Source: Thalia democratica
Taxonomy: Eukaryota
Assembly (NCBI GenBank): GCA_965202585.1
Contig: OZ241828.1
Span: 53,630,001 to 53,694,000 of the forward strand
DNA length: 64,000 bases
Direction: 5' to 3'
Positions 15,347-29,028 of the stretch are shown here, piece by piece. The notes beneath the pieces were generated by a model that saw nothing but the letters and a program-made list of their open reading frames with translations, was not told the DNA's origin and searched no databases. Within the stretch, counting starts at the first letter, position 1. Each line of letters begins with the position of its first letter. The position numbers and the translations under genes were made by a program.

Positions 15347-16549
15347 CTGCCGTGTTAAAATACTATATTTTTATGTGTGCGCGAGTTCGCACTATGACAT
15401 CATAATCCCGCGCAGCTTGACGCAAGCTTTCTCATTGCTGTGAGTCGTCCTTTTTAAGCTCGTACAGCGGATCTAAAGGCCAATGAGGGTATCTGTCCAC
15501 ATTGTGGGTGGGACTTTCGGCCGACTGTGGTGTTTAGTTGTAAAAAATAAAAATTTATTTGCTACTCAATGTTATTTGTTAAAAAAAAAATGAAAACATG
15601 TTTTATACGTTTTGCTTTGTAGTAATTTTTTTATTTATTTAAATCAATGTATGTTCTATGTTAACAAGTATTTAAGAGCTCCACAAATAAAAAAAGACCG
15701 TAATAAAACAGTTTCTACAATTTAACACTGTTTAAATATTTTAACATTACATTACCTTTGTTTTTTATAAAGTTAACTAATTTTTAAACAAAAAATTAAA
15801 ACAAGTAATTTAAAGTTGGCAAACTCTCATCACCGTTATCTGCAACTTTGTTTAATGAAACTTAATTTTTCATGACAGCTCCTCTGAGAGTTTGATTAAA
15901 AAGTAGGCCACCTTTCGCGATTTTAAGTAAACGCATTAAAGACAGTTTAAAATAATCGAGCCGTTGAAAGCATTCTTGTGTTGCCGTGATCAATTCTTTA
16001 TTTAGTTTTATAAATTATGAAGTCGGCTTCATTTCACCACCAGCAAATGCCTTCAAATCGATTTCGAATAAGCCGCTTAAGCTGTGTCAGCTGCTGTAGT
16101 CAGAACGCACCCGATTAAACATTTTGTTGTTATATTAGGTTGTGTACCCAAAATAAACACGAAAGTATCAGGCTGTTGGTTTTAGAACAATTAATCTGTA
16201 ACAGCTTTTAAGAAAGACTAAGCGGTGGTATTTCAAGATTAACACATGTGTTGTTAAAAATCTAACACAATCAACTTACTGTTTTACACAAGTTACAAAG
16301 TTGACAGCACTATTTAAAAGTAAATACAGCGCTTAAGCATTATTTTGTAAGTGGCGATTAATTCATGGCTACCTCAGTTAACTTTGCAGTTTATTCGAAA
16401 AGCCTCAGAAAGCCGCTTATCCGGGCGGTTTGTGCAAATTGTTTTAGTTCAAAACAAACAGTTCGGGTGCTGAGCCTCGGCATTAATAATTGACCGGTTC
16501 GCTTTGACATTGCGCCTCGGAGATTTCGTTCGTCATTCAACATTCACAG

Positions 16550-16572
16550 TGATGTGCCAGCAATTTCCAAAG
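16550..16572 (+). other. Alternative candidate start exon (MCQQFPK|)
   Basis: cattcacag acceptor, ATG at 16552, AAG|gtgagc donor, phase 0 compatible with 28989. Confidence 0.28.
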
Positions 16573-19500
16573 GTGAGCTGAGACAATAACAATCATAATT
16601 TGCACCGTTACTCCAGGAAAGCTTAATTGCGAGGTTTTCCCACTTCAAAGCAATAGAAACCGCAAGCGCGAGCTGCAAACAGTTATCGTCGAAAGTTTTG
16701 CCTTAATTTACAAAGGAATAAACGCACAAATGAACTTGCGTAAACTTCGGCTGTCATTTTGAACTAAATATAAACTGTCTGCATTATAAAGCAGCGAAAT
16801 CAGATGAAAAACACAAACAAAAATTCGCTGTAAATTGTGACAATTTCCATGCACTGTGGCTTTAAATTGAAAACAATAGAAAATTAAAAAAGATTACAAG
16901 TATTTTTATTTATTTTAAAATCAGAAAAAACACTTTTTATACGAACTTTTTGGTAAAATTGTTTTTTCATCATTATTTTGTTAAATTTTCAATAATCGGT
17001 TGAAAAAAGAACAGATGTTCAAATTAATTTCAACGACCTTCAAGTGGGGCCTGCTCATAATTTACAGTTGAATTCGATTGGCCGCGCTCATTGTCGTGGT
17101 GCTTAAGCCAATTATTTTCTAGTGTTTTCAACGACTCGTCATCTCGAGTATAAATTATTTAAATCATTATTACGTCACTTTTGACGGCGAAGGCGAGCTA
17201 TTTCAAAAGAACTTGTTTGTGATTTTTAAGTTTAAATTTCTGTTTCGAAACCGCTTTGTTTTTCTCTTTCTTACTTTCATGTATTACGGAAGCAATAAAA
17301 CAAAGACACGACTTAACGAGCGTTTAAAATGAAAATAGAGAAAAATATTTCGTTTCCTTTAGGCCTGCAATGTACGTATCAAACCACACACTGACGGAAA
17401 ATAATCTTCTTTTTCTCGGCGACAGCTCTTTGCAAATTTGTATCCGAAAGCTTTACGAAATCCTGCTTTTCGGTCGGCAAAGCCACCCAGAGCTGCCGTG
17501 TGTTGTGTTAAATATTAATTCCAAGCTACGAGCTCACAACAAATTTGAATGCTCAGCCGAGTCCAAAGCTCTTACTAAGCTGGATTACGTGAGGATTACT
17601 GAAAGGAGCTGAATGAAAATTTAATGATGGAAAACTTCAAAAGCGCCGTGTATATTTGCTTCCCAACATTTCACTTTTCACTAGATAATGTTTTTATATG
17701 GGCTCTTGTATAAAAGATCGAGGCTTAAAGTTTTGAAATAGTTTTTGTTGAAATATTTGAGTTTGTTAGCTTGAAAATCGTTTTTTTTTCGTTATACTTA
17801 GCAAATATTTAAAACCACACGAAAAACTATGTTTTTTAAGATAATTTTTTTGTTAAAAAAAAAACTATTTGCAGTTACAGAAACTTACTATTTTCTTGTT
17901 ATAATGTAAAGTGTGTGTGGTCTCAATATTTGATAGTTGTTTTAGATAACAACGTGAAGCTTGCTAAAATTCGAACAATTAAATAAAAAATTAATCACTG
18001 CGATGCATCATAATTACGACGTCTTTTCTAAAGTTCATATAAATCCGAACAGTTGCAAATAAATTTATTTTATAAAGCTTCAAGCGAAGTAGTGAGCTCA
18101 TTTCGACAGTGTTATGCCATCACAATATTGTTGCACCTGTAACGAAGTGAAGTTTAAAATGTTTAGGCATGCAAGCATTTATCATGCAGAAATATATAGT
18201 TAATTTCAAGTGGTGCGATCGCTCAATTCAAAAATTGCAACCGCAAGCAGTTTGACTTATCATTTTGCTAATAGGTAACATTTTTATAAATGTATTTTGT
18301 TTTTTGTTGTTTTAAAATCTTAAAACTTTAAACGTTTTCTACAATAAGTACAAGAGTTCTTTTCAAATAAAACAGATTTACTTTTATTTTACTAAGTTAT
18401 TAAACAGTCTGTTGGTTAAAACTTTGTTATTTTTTGGTTGTTTAATTAGATACTCGATGCAACAAATGTATTTTAAATTAAACTCTTATTGAATTTTTGT
18501 GGACTATTAAGAGTTAAAACAAAAAAGAAAACGGATTTATAAAACATTTTCTATAATTTGGAACAGTTTAAAATTTGCTGTATTTTAATAAAAATCTGTA
18601 TTTTTATCATAAAACTTACTTTTAGCAATTAATTTTATAATATTTTGTTAAACTAGAAAAATATTTTTAGTTATCTGTATTAGTTTTGTATGAGAAACGA
18701 CTTAATACATTTATTTTTCCTTAATTTACAAGGTTATTACAAAAAAATTAAAAATAACAAAATAACAGTTATCAAGTTAAGGGTGTAACTACTAATGTAA
18801 TTAAGTTTAGCGTTAAAATTTACGTGTGAAAATTAATTAGGAACGTTTCATACAAATTTGTTATTGAATACTTTTAGACTCAAAAGTTAATAAGTTATGT
18901 CTCTTACTACCTTTAAAATTATATAGAAATATCAGAATAACACTTAAGCATAAGTAGAAAAACTAATTTAATTATCACTGCATCAACAAATTAAGCATTT
19001 AAAAATACTTCGGATACAATTAATGTATTAACTAATATTTTAACACCCATTATAACTTAGCTTATAAATTTGCTGTTATAATAATCTTTGTTTTGTTGTT
19101 TATTGTTTTGTTGTGTTATACGTCTTTTTATTATCTGTTTGTAAAATTTTTAAGATTTGTTAAGTTTTAGAATCAAAGTATTCAAATAATAGTCTTAGTT
19201 TGCATTTTACATAAACTATAAAAAGATACTTTACTAAAAATTGATTATGAAAAACTAAAAATAACTTCAGCGTTAACTTTTTTAGGATAATTTTTTTAAA
19301 AGAAGTTTAAGTAGAACTGATTCCGTTAGAAAAATATTTTAGCTCCAATATAGTTATAAAAGGAAAAGTAGTATATGCAGACCATGTGACCATTTTTTGT
19401 TATAAAATTCGTTTGGTATGCCACTTATGAAAAATTGTCGTCCAATGATTCAGAAGTTGTAACAAAACTAAAAAAACTAATCTTTGTTTAGTATATTCGA

Positions 19501-21398
19501 CATCAGCTAAGTTAAAAAAAAGTTTGATACAGTACTTCGTAAGATCAACAATCTATTAGATTAAGGTACAAAAACATCTTTACGCAAATAGAAAAGTTTT
19601 ATCATGGTATGCATTTTAAATGTTTGTATTTAATTTACATTATCTTATTAGAAGATAAAAACTACAATGACTCAAAAAAATTCGTACAAATAAGCACAAT
19701 AGCGCATAAACCAGTAGCTTAGCCAAACAAAAAGGTGGGAGGCGTAATTAGCAATAACCGTAATCCAAAAACCAACGGAATTTAATTTAGAAAGTAGAAA
19801 CGTGATAACAAAGTTTCAAGTGGACAAACTATACACAGAGCAGCGTTTGGCCACAAAGACACACAAAATTCTAGTGATAAGACTTTGTTGAGATTTGAGA
19901 GTTTTTGGTGGGCAAATATCCACCATCCAACTAAGCTACAGCCAGGCAGCCACACGAAAGCAAATATTTGAACAACTTTCGGTCTCAAAATCTTTTTCTT
20001 TTCACTGAATGCATACGAAACTTCTAACTCCCTTTTCTTATTGCGGGGCTTTCGTTTTGCTTTCAAATTACAGTTTTTTTTTTTTGCATTGTTACAGCAG
20101 CAATGAAACATGATTCTGTTTCATATTTCAGAGCACGTTTAAGGATATTGGTTTTTATGTTGAACAGTTTTTTATTTTTATATGTAAATACTTGTGTTTC
20201 ATAGTTTTTTATAAAATTTTTGTGCTTTATTTTGCGTTGTCAATTTATTTAGAAAAATGTTTAGCACAAGTGCCTCGCTAATTACATGTAATTAATTAAA
20301 TTATGCTGTAATGAGCAGTTTATTTTATAAATTACTTAAACGTAATTGAAAAAACATTCTCACAGAGTTTTGAGCTAAATGCAACATTTAAAAGTATCAA
20401 ATTTTTTTTAAAGCACACCAAATTCAAATAAAAATGTAACACATTAATAGCTTTATTATATTTCTTTAAACAGTTTAATACGAATTTTTTTTAGTAGTTG
20501 TCGAAGTTTATAATGTAACTTAAATAAAGTTCAACATACTTATATAGTATAGAATTAGCTTAAGCTTTAGTTTTTTATTGACATAGCAAAACAAAGTTAT
20601 TTTAAACTATAATAGTTGTTTTTATAAACTTATTACTTTTCTTGTTATACTGAAAATATAAAATCCAGACAAATTGAAGTGTGGAAAGGCAGTAGTTTGG
20701 ATAATCACAGCAATTATGCGGCTGAAGTTGACACAGTTCAATGGTTATGTTTAATTTTTACAATATCAAAAGATATCATTCCAAATTTTATTACACTTAT
20801 GTCAGACCTGTATGAGAAAAGAAAAAGTAATGAACGGTGACTTGTTTGCAATTGTCTTGCTTAAAACTAAGACAAACTTTTAAGATTAATTATACCTAGA
20901 GTAGTGTTTAACTGTTTTGTTAAGTAAAAAATTTAAATAGTTTACATTCTGTTGATTAATATAAAGTCTTTTGCAAAGCCTTAATAAAAAAATATTCTTT
21001 GCTTTTTTTACTATACATAAATAAGAAATAATAGCAAAAACTTGCTTAACCTTTTGTTGGCAAAACTTGTTTAATATAACTTAATTTCTTAAGTCTAACT
21101 AATATTTTTTGGCAAAGCTTTTTTTATATAGATTTTTTTGACAATACGAGACTTAAAGTAAATTTTTTAGTTTGAATTTAGTAACTTTGTTTTTAAGTTT
21201 ATGTGGTTGCTAAAAAAGCGGTTGAGTTTTGTATTATTACAATACAAATTTCATCTCACATCTAAACTAAATAAAACTTTAATCTTTCTAAAAAATGATT
21301 CAAAGCAAAAGAAATTTTATGAAGCATCGTTACATTTGAAACTGTTTTAGTTTCCACTTGGCCAGTCATTGGACATTTGTGAACTCTTGCTTGACTCT

Positions 21399-21426
21399 GT
21401 TGCTATATAAAAGGCGTTATAGCAAC
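21399..21426 (+). promoter_or_regulatory. TATA box embedded in a 9-bp inverted repeat of RFX-like half sites
   Basis: GTTGCTATA-taaaaggcgt-TATAGCAAC; TATATAAAAGG at 21404-21414; ATTGG about 35 bp upstream. Confidence 0.3.
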
Positions 21427-22662
21427 CCCACTAAGCAACCACTGAAGCTTAACTAATATAAGGCTCTTACGATGCAGCTGATTCCTGCTGATAAAATAGA
21501 GATGGATTTGATGTTTATTAAAAAATTGTAGCTGAGAACACCTGTGTTAGCTTGGTTACAAAAGTTTGAAGCTCGTAACGAGTTTTAAAAGTATTTCCAA
21601 CTTCTTTAGTTGTCACAGTTTTAAAGAAAAAGTAGTTTTTAAAATTATTTTTATTAAAACTTTAAAAAAGAGCAAATTTTTAAAATATCAGTTTATACAG
21701 CAAAGTTTTTATTGCTTATTCATCTAAAATAAACTCTATATATATGCGTACATTGCTTTTTTGTGTTCTTCTTGTTTATGTTTTTATAATTTGTGTTAGT
21801 TAAAAAATTTTTTCCCCTTGATTCTGTTTGTAAATGTTTATAGTACAAAATTCTATAACAATCCATAAATATTAGTTTTGGTTTTGAATAAAGTTTAGTT
21901 TAACATTTTTATTTGAAACTGTGGCCATTATCTATATAAGCTCTTTGTATAAAAAAATTCAATTTATATGTAAATAAATATATACATGATGCTTTTAAAT
22001 TTACTTGCAAGCCAATGTAAAATTCTAATTATTATACGTATAGTTTTATTAATTTATGATTGGTTTATAAACAAACCAGTTGTGTGCAAATAACGAAAAC
22101 AAAAAATGTTCAAGTGACAAATAAAAAAAATATTTTTTATAAATAGCACATTGGCTTGCAAAGAACAAAATCTTGGAAAAAATATTCTGCATTATTTGAT
22201 AAGTATAGTTAACATTTATCTAACTCTTGTTTTTAAAATTAAACAAACATATTTCAATAGCTAAAAACATTGAACTTTACAAGTGTCTATTTGATTGAAG
22301 TATTCAGTTAGAACTGTGTTACAATAGATTGTAATATTGCTTGTTAGATATTAAATGAGGTATATAGTGTTATATTTTTATCAAACTTTGTATGACAAAC
22401 TTTTAAAAATTAGTTTTTTTATATAATATTTTTTAAAGCAAAAGTTAAACTGTTAATACTAACTATTTGTTGTATTGAATTTACATTCTTTTAAAACAAA
22501 GTGTTGATAACTAACACTGAATTTTAGATACAAATGCTGTTTGAGAGTACTGAAATATAATATATTAGGTTATAAAATGCTTAAAAAGCAATACTTTTAA
22601 CTTCACAAGTAAACGCAAGCTAGATTAATAAATTAAGTTAGTATTTTGTTTTTATGATCCAG

Positions 22663-22680
22663 CTACAGCAAATTAAAATG
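22663..22680 (+). other. Candidate mini-exon ending in the start codon (aaaATG|gtatgt)
   Basis: T-rich tract plus ccag acceptor, A at -3, strong GTATGT donor, phase 0 compatible with 28989. Confidence 0.3.
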
Positions 22681-25600
22681 GTATGTATAAAATTTCAAAA
22701 AAAGGTAAGTAGTATGAACATAGCATTTTATCTTAAGGTTTGTATTGTGAAAAGAAATAAAATCATTTAAGGCTTTAAGTTAATATATTCGAAAAGATCC
22801 TTAAAAAACAAAACTGTAATTTTTTAGTTTTTTAAATAAACGTTTATGTCTGTGTGTAAAATAACTTTACAAGGCAGTCAAACAATATGGATCAAATGAT
22901 AGCAAACAATAAAACAAGTTGTGATTTTATCATTCTTAAAGTGTTTTTGATAGGAGCAAAAGCGGCATTTTCATATTACAAGAAAACAGACGACTTTCGC
23001 TTAATCAAACAACTTTTCTGGGCAGAGTCTCGACAGCGCCGCGCAGTGGCAACTTTCTACCCAAGCGTGACGTTCTGAATGCAAGAGAACCAGTTCAGTG
23101 GAGGAAGAAATGCGGCAGGAAAAAAAAAGAAAACTGCCGGCTTCAGTCGTGCACTCGACTCATTATTTTTACAGCGCAACTTAAGTGAAAGCGAGATAGC
23201 AGTGTTCATCTTGTAAACAATTGCTTTTTTTTAGTTGTAGTTTATCTTTGTTTTTGTGCATTGAAGTTGATTTGAAAATATAAAAACCAATTCGTTCCAG
23301 CTTTTAGTTTACCACAGTTTAGCTTAAAAGTTAGTCAAGTTAGTGTTTGGTTTGCTTTGCTTTTAGGATAACCCCGCACTCGTAGACACATGTGTTTATA
23401 CTAGGATTAACACCTCAATTGTTGCAAGACTTCTGGGTACCTATTAGAAGCAATTGAAACCGGTATCTAGCACGTTGCAGTGTATTTCAAACGTATTCGG
23501 GATTAGCGTTGCGATTGAGTTCTACGCAACCGTAAACAATTTGAATAACTTAGTCTTAATGTTCATACTTCGATGTGCTTTCGGTTAAGCTTTAATTTCA
23601 GAGATTCAAAAATATTTTGAAGAAAAAAGTTAAAAGTCCAGTTTGTATACATAACAACTTGTGTTGAATTTTGTGCTAATTTGTTTTGCCTAGGCTTGAA
23701 TGAGAATCGCATTCATTTAGCAACAATTACAAGCTAACTTGACATTGAAATTTAAAAGTTTTTGGAAATACTTAATAATTCATTATTAATTAGATTATGA
23801 ACTGTGTTGTCCATTCAAAAGCTATGTGTGGTGAAATTTAATAATTAGTTATGGTTTACTAAAGTATTCATATTTGTTTACTGAAAAAGTTTTGTTTTAA
23901 ATTGAACTATGTTTTATTAAAAAAAATTACAATAAAAAGTTCTTCAACAAGTTTTATAAAAAACCAAAAAAAATCTTAAAGTGACAAACTTTTTGTGTAT
24001 GAGTTGCTTTTCAAAAGGTTAAGCAGTTTTGATGTTTACAAACACACACAAGTTGCTCAGCAATTTTCCTTCTTGTTTTAGTATGACAAGCAACATAAAT
24101 TATTATTGCTGACAGATGTGAAACGTACACTTAGCTCCTTACTGCAACATGCTTTAGTCTTGCACTTATGTTGCTTTTGTTGACACCAATTCGTTTGTTT
24201 ACTGTAAAGCAAACTACAATTTGTTCTTATTATACCTGGATGCCTTGTCACCACTGTAATGAGCACAGCCTAAATTTAATTTAAGTTAGATTGACCTCTC
24301 ATAATTGGTGTGAGCTTACTTGGTGGTCATTTATTTTTTAATAAAGTGTTTTATGTAACAAACTTTACTTCAGCTTGTAACAGTAACATTTCTACATTTT
24401 ACAGAGTGTTAAATAATGTTTTAAAGTATTCTAACTGTTCAAACAACTAACAAAAAATAACTTTCTTTGTATGAAGTTTAATGAGGAAAACACAGAACAG
24501 TTATATCAGTTTTGAAAAGCAAAGAGCAAGAGACAAATTGAAAAGTTTGTGCTTTATTAATGTGGAAACTATGAATTACAAAATGTTAACACACAAATGG
24601 TCAAAATCCAGCAGTTGGTTACCAAGCAACGTCATAATATTACTTCTACTACTTGTAAACTGTAAGTTTCTGTTATTATCTGAATAAAATAAGCATATTT
24701 TATTTAAATTGTTTAGAAATACTTTAAGTTAAGTGGTTTCATAACAATAACAATGAAGTTTATATATATGGTACTTTGAAATAATCTGTTTTTACAAACT
24801 TATGCAAAATTTCATTTTTAAAAGTTGCTTAATAAACTTTAATAGTAATTAAAGTTATGATAAATATTTTTTGATTATGTTATCAAAAAAGAAGCTAAGT
24901 TGTAGACATGCTAGCTTTAAAGTAAAGTAAAGTTTATGCCAAAAAACTCATTGTAAAATTTACAAAAAGTCAATAAAACATACTTTAGGCAGCAAGTGCT
25001 GGCAAAAGTTATTTTGTAAATATTTAATGCTCATATTTTTAATTTGAACTTTCATCTGCTTTCTGTCAAAACTTAAGTAACTATTACATTAATATAATTA
25101 AAAAAGCTCTCAACTTGTAAGGACTGAAACTAATTTGTCAAATAAAAATTTTGTTGCTTGATGTTTTTAATACTGTAAGTAGTATGAAGTTATTTTATTT
25201 ATGAAATTGCCAATAGAGAATTATAGCTCTTTAAAATTATTTATTTTTTTGTTTCAAACAAAGAAAACTGCAAACAAAAACTGTTACATTATGAGCTACA
25301 CTTTTTTTTTGCCACAGTTTATTTCTCAAAACAACTGTTAGTCACTGGCTTTCCAACCTGTGAAAACAGTTTAGCATTTACTTCTGCAGCTGAGAGGGTT
25401 GCGCTGCTAGTTTGTTTACGCTGTCAAATTTTCATAAACAAGCCAGTCGAATAAAATTAAAAAGCGTTTGTATGTTTACCCTTTCCGCCGAAAGTGTTTA
25501 AAGTTTATTTGAAAGTTCTTTTGTGAGTTTCAAACAAAAAAGTTTGCTTTTCGTTCAAAGCTCACTGATAGCGGTAAACTGTATGTTTATGAGAGTGCGA

Positions 25601-25837
25601 TCTTGCTAATATTTTCACCTAAACTGTTGTACTTAGGTTAATGCGCTAATTGACATGTGAATTAATGCTTAATGCTAAAAACAGTGTCGTTAAAAGTTCA
25701 GTGCGGATTTGCAGGGGTAGCTGTCAATCCACATATTGTGTGTTGCTCTTTTGAAGATATTGTGGCTAATTGCTTTAATGGCAGTAAAAGTATTGCATTT
25801 CAGTTAGCTAGCTGTTAATAGTCTGTTCTGCATAATT

Positions 25838-26066
25838 GGATTACGCCTTTTGCAAGCGTTTTAAAACAGATTTTAATCAATTAAACTGGCTGTTTACATT
25901 TGCAGTTAAAATGTAAGTGTAACACAAAAATGAAAAGTTTAAATACCTGAAATTTTTAACATGACTTTTATTGCACACATGTGTTGTTTAAAAAGGAATA
26001 AGCGGTTAACCTAATCCATAGAAATGCCGGCGGATTAAATCGGCAGATAACAGCTTTTCAGGATTA
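25838..26066. promoter_or_regulatory. Cluster of K50-homeodomain (Otx/Pitx-type) TAATCC sites; putative enhancer
   Basis: GGATTA 25838, TAATCC 26012, GGATTA 26032, GGATTA 26061; AGATAA at 26045. Confidence 0.4.
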
Positions 26067-28988
26067 TAGCGTTAGCCTCTCTGAATTTATCGACGGCTTG
26101 TTTAATGACTAAAATTTCCGATGAATAATAAAAAAAAAAATTAACTGTATCTTAAAATTAGTTATTTATATTTCAAGTTAATGTTCGTTTTTTTATGTTT
26201 CAAAACGCTAACGAGACGAGAGACGGCTTGAAAACTTTCAATTAAACAAGAAGTGAGTAACAAAAGAATTTGGCCAAAGACAACACTCTGTTGTGTTTTG
26301 TCTCTTGCTTCTGTGTACTTTGTGTTCAAATGTCACGGATGAGGTGACACGAAACAATCTCCAGCTAACGAATACGCAGCGAGCTTTCCACTAACAAGCT
26401 CTAACCTTTACCGTTTTGGTCCCATGTCCGTGCAAAAGGTCAATTAACCGCTTACAAATTGTTTTATCCCGTCAGCTGTTCGAGCCGCTTGCAACTCGGT
26501 CTGTTTTAAGACGTTACACTAATTGGATGATGTTTTCCAGCGACAGACGACGTGGTGTCGAAAGGCGAGCGTTTGTTTCAACAAGCTCTTTCGCGTCGCT
26601 TAAACGTTGTTGCAATCAAAATACCGAGCAGCTCACGCTTCGCTTTCTAACCGGCGCACATAGCACCATTTTCAGCGATAAAATCTAATCTGGCAGTATC
26701 GCCCGCTCGCAGCTATTGTGGTGTGATCAATTGGTGCGCTTTTATCTTCTGCTACTGCTGTGTTAGGTGCACCAACGACAGTTTTCAGGGGAATTGCTGT
26801 TGCTGTTTGTTTTGTGAGAAAAACTCAGAGGCTTTTGAACAAGCAGCACAAATTTTGTCTGACCGCTCAAGCGCGAAGTCACGTGCCAGACTTTCCACCA
26901 TACAAGCGTTAAGACAAGTCAGAACTTTTCTTTAGGAATGAACAAGCGCTAAAGCTCGGTGTACGAGCTTCGCCTTTTAGTTCAAAATCAATAAAAATGT
27001 TCAAAGATCTACCTGATATAAGTAGCAGCTCTTGCTAATTATTTATTTATGATTTGCTTGTTTCGCTACACCATTTAGTTTAAACTCATCATTTCAAGCA
27101 ACCCTGTTTGCACCGTAAAAACTTTCAATGGCATAATTTACACGCTAGTGCGAGATTGTTGTTTTAGTAACTTTTAATTACACGCCTGCACAACTTGCGC
27201 CCTCAAACTCAGCATTTTACTTTCAAGCACACTGCAGCAAGAAGCTTGAGCATGTAAGGTGCTTACGCGAAACATTTCATAAGCATGTAGCTGTGTACCT
27301 TTTCAAACCATATGCTGTGAGAGCGACGGAATTAATTTTTTTTAGACAATGTTAACAAAACGCTGCGGCGCAAAAGCGACTTTTTGTCTAGTTGGAGCTT
27401 ATCTGCGAGACTAAGAAGTAAAGCGGCATTAAAATTTAATGTACGGCAGCGTTGCTGCTGGGGTATTTCCACTCTGACAGAAGTTCACTGCCTGTCTGAT
27501 GTTAAACAGTTTGATATCAAATAAAAATTATATTCAATGGAATTCGAGTAAGTTTAGAATTGGAGAACTTTTAATATTTTTGTAAAAAAATTTTTTTTAA
27601 TGCATTTGTGGATGTTGGAAACGAACATTAACATTAGTTCACGCTTTAAAACATCTATTAGTTTCTTAAAACTCGTTATCAGAAATCGCATAAAGCTATA
27701 CGAATCAATAGCTGGTGTATGTACGACGAAAGCAAAACAGATTTAATCAATTTTTGCGAGTTCAATAAAGCAAACCAAATTGGTTATAATGTTCTTTCTT
27801 ATCTTCGCACAAAATTTCACAGTCACTGTTATATCGTTAGACAAAAATGATTTGATCTCTCTTTCAGCCGCACGACTTTTCATGACTGGTTGTTACACCG
27901 TAAAAGGTGGCATATGTTTTGCAGAAGTAATTAAAAAGTTGTAAACACGTCACAAGCTTTCATCTGACCCACTGTTTGTTTAGCACAGTGCGGTTAGTAA
28001 CTTGCACATAAAAGTGATTTATCCATTGTGTTTGTACGAGCCGTTTTGTTTACTTTGCTCGCCCGCTCATCAAAGATGCTGCGCTTCAAGTACAAAAGGG
28101 AACATTGAAATTCTAGCAACATGTTTCTAACGACTTGTAGCTTTGCCCCGACGTCTAATTGGACGTGAAAAGATGACAAGACGCGACAAAACTTTCCCTG
28201 GCAAAAAATATTCAAAAGTTTTGAAATTCTTTTCATCGTGACTTTGCGTTGCGCCTCGAATTATGCGGCAGTGAAAATTTTGTCGACTCGATTTGTAATC
28301 GTTTCAATCGTCACGGTCCGTCGCGCACCGAAAGAGCAAGTTGCAAGGCAACGCAAAGGCTATCGCCCGTAGCCATTATTACGTCACAACCGTCGAAGTT
28401 TACACGAATGATGACAAGCTCGGTGTTCGGTGTTTTCACTGTGCAAGAGTGCTCGAAACTTGTAGTGGTTCGAGTGCGACTCTTTCCTTGTAAATGACCA
28501 ACAACTGAGAGTGAGAAACACCTTTTATGGAATTTGATGATTTTCTCTTTTGGTTAGCATTACCTAATGTGCCAGACTGATTGTCAAGAGGCCAATTCCG
28601 CACATATTAGCTGATAAAACTTAATAAAAACAATTGGAAAGCACTTAAAAATGTTTCATACGCAAAATAAAATTTAGTTTGAACTGCTTAATGATTGCTC
28701 GTGCTAGCCGACGATCTGGTAATCTGACTTCTATTGCCAACTGCGTGAAAAGGCGATATTTCAAAGTTGGAGGTGGCATCAAGAGATAAACGGGGATTTG
28801 TTAACTTCACAGTTGCGAGATTGGTAATCCGATTAAGGCGATTATGAGCGCTGCAATTATGATTTAGTTGGAAGTCAGCAGTAGTAGCTCGTAGCACGGT
28901 CAATTTCATCTGCAGTGTGTGGGCCAGTTGCTTCAATTAACCGTTCATTTTTATCGTTTCCCATTTTGCTGATACTTTGACACATTAG

Positions 28989-29028
28989 AACAATTGTGTT
29001 TTTGTTTTTGCACTATTTGTGATTGTGT
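28989..29028 (+). CDS. ADGRL: Candidate signal-peptide exon (NNCVFVFALFVIV, phase 0 to 1)
   Basis: ttgacacattag acceptor, gtaaat donor. Joins the lectin exon in frame to give NNCVFVFALFVIVSQTASA|YSQ, a hydrophobic core plus an A-x-A cleavage site. Needs an upstream phase-0 ATG exon. Confidence 0.55.

Noticed and set aside
28460-28485. GGTTCGAGT, similar to a tRNA T-loop
   Set aside because: No T-stem pairing, D-arm or acceptor stem.
2735-29000. Numerous 60-113 aa ORFs upstream of the gene
   Set aside because: Non-ATG or random composition, no domain motifs, no consistent splice chain; they coincide with enhancer-like GC islands.
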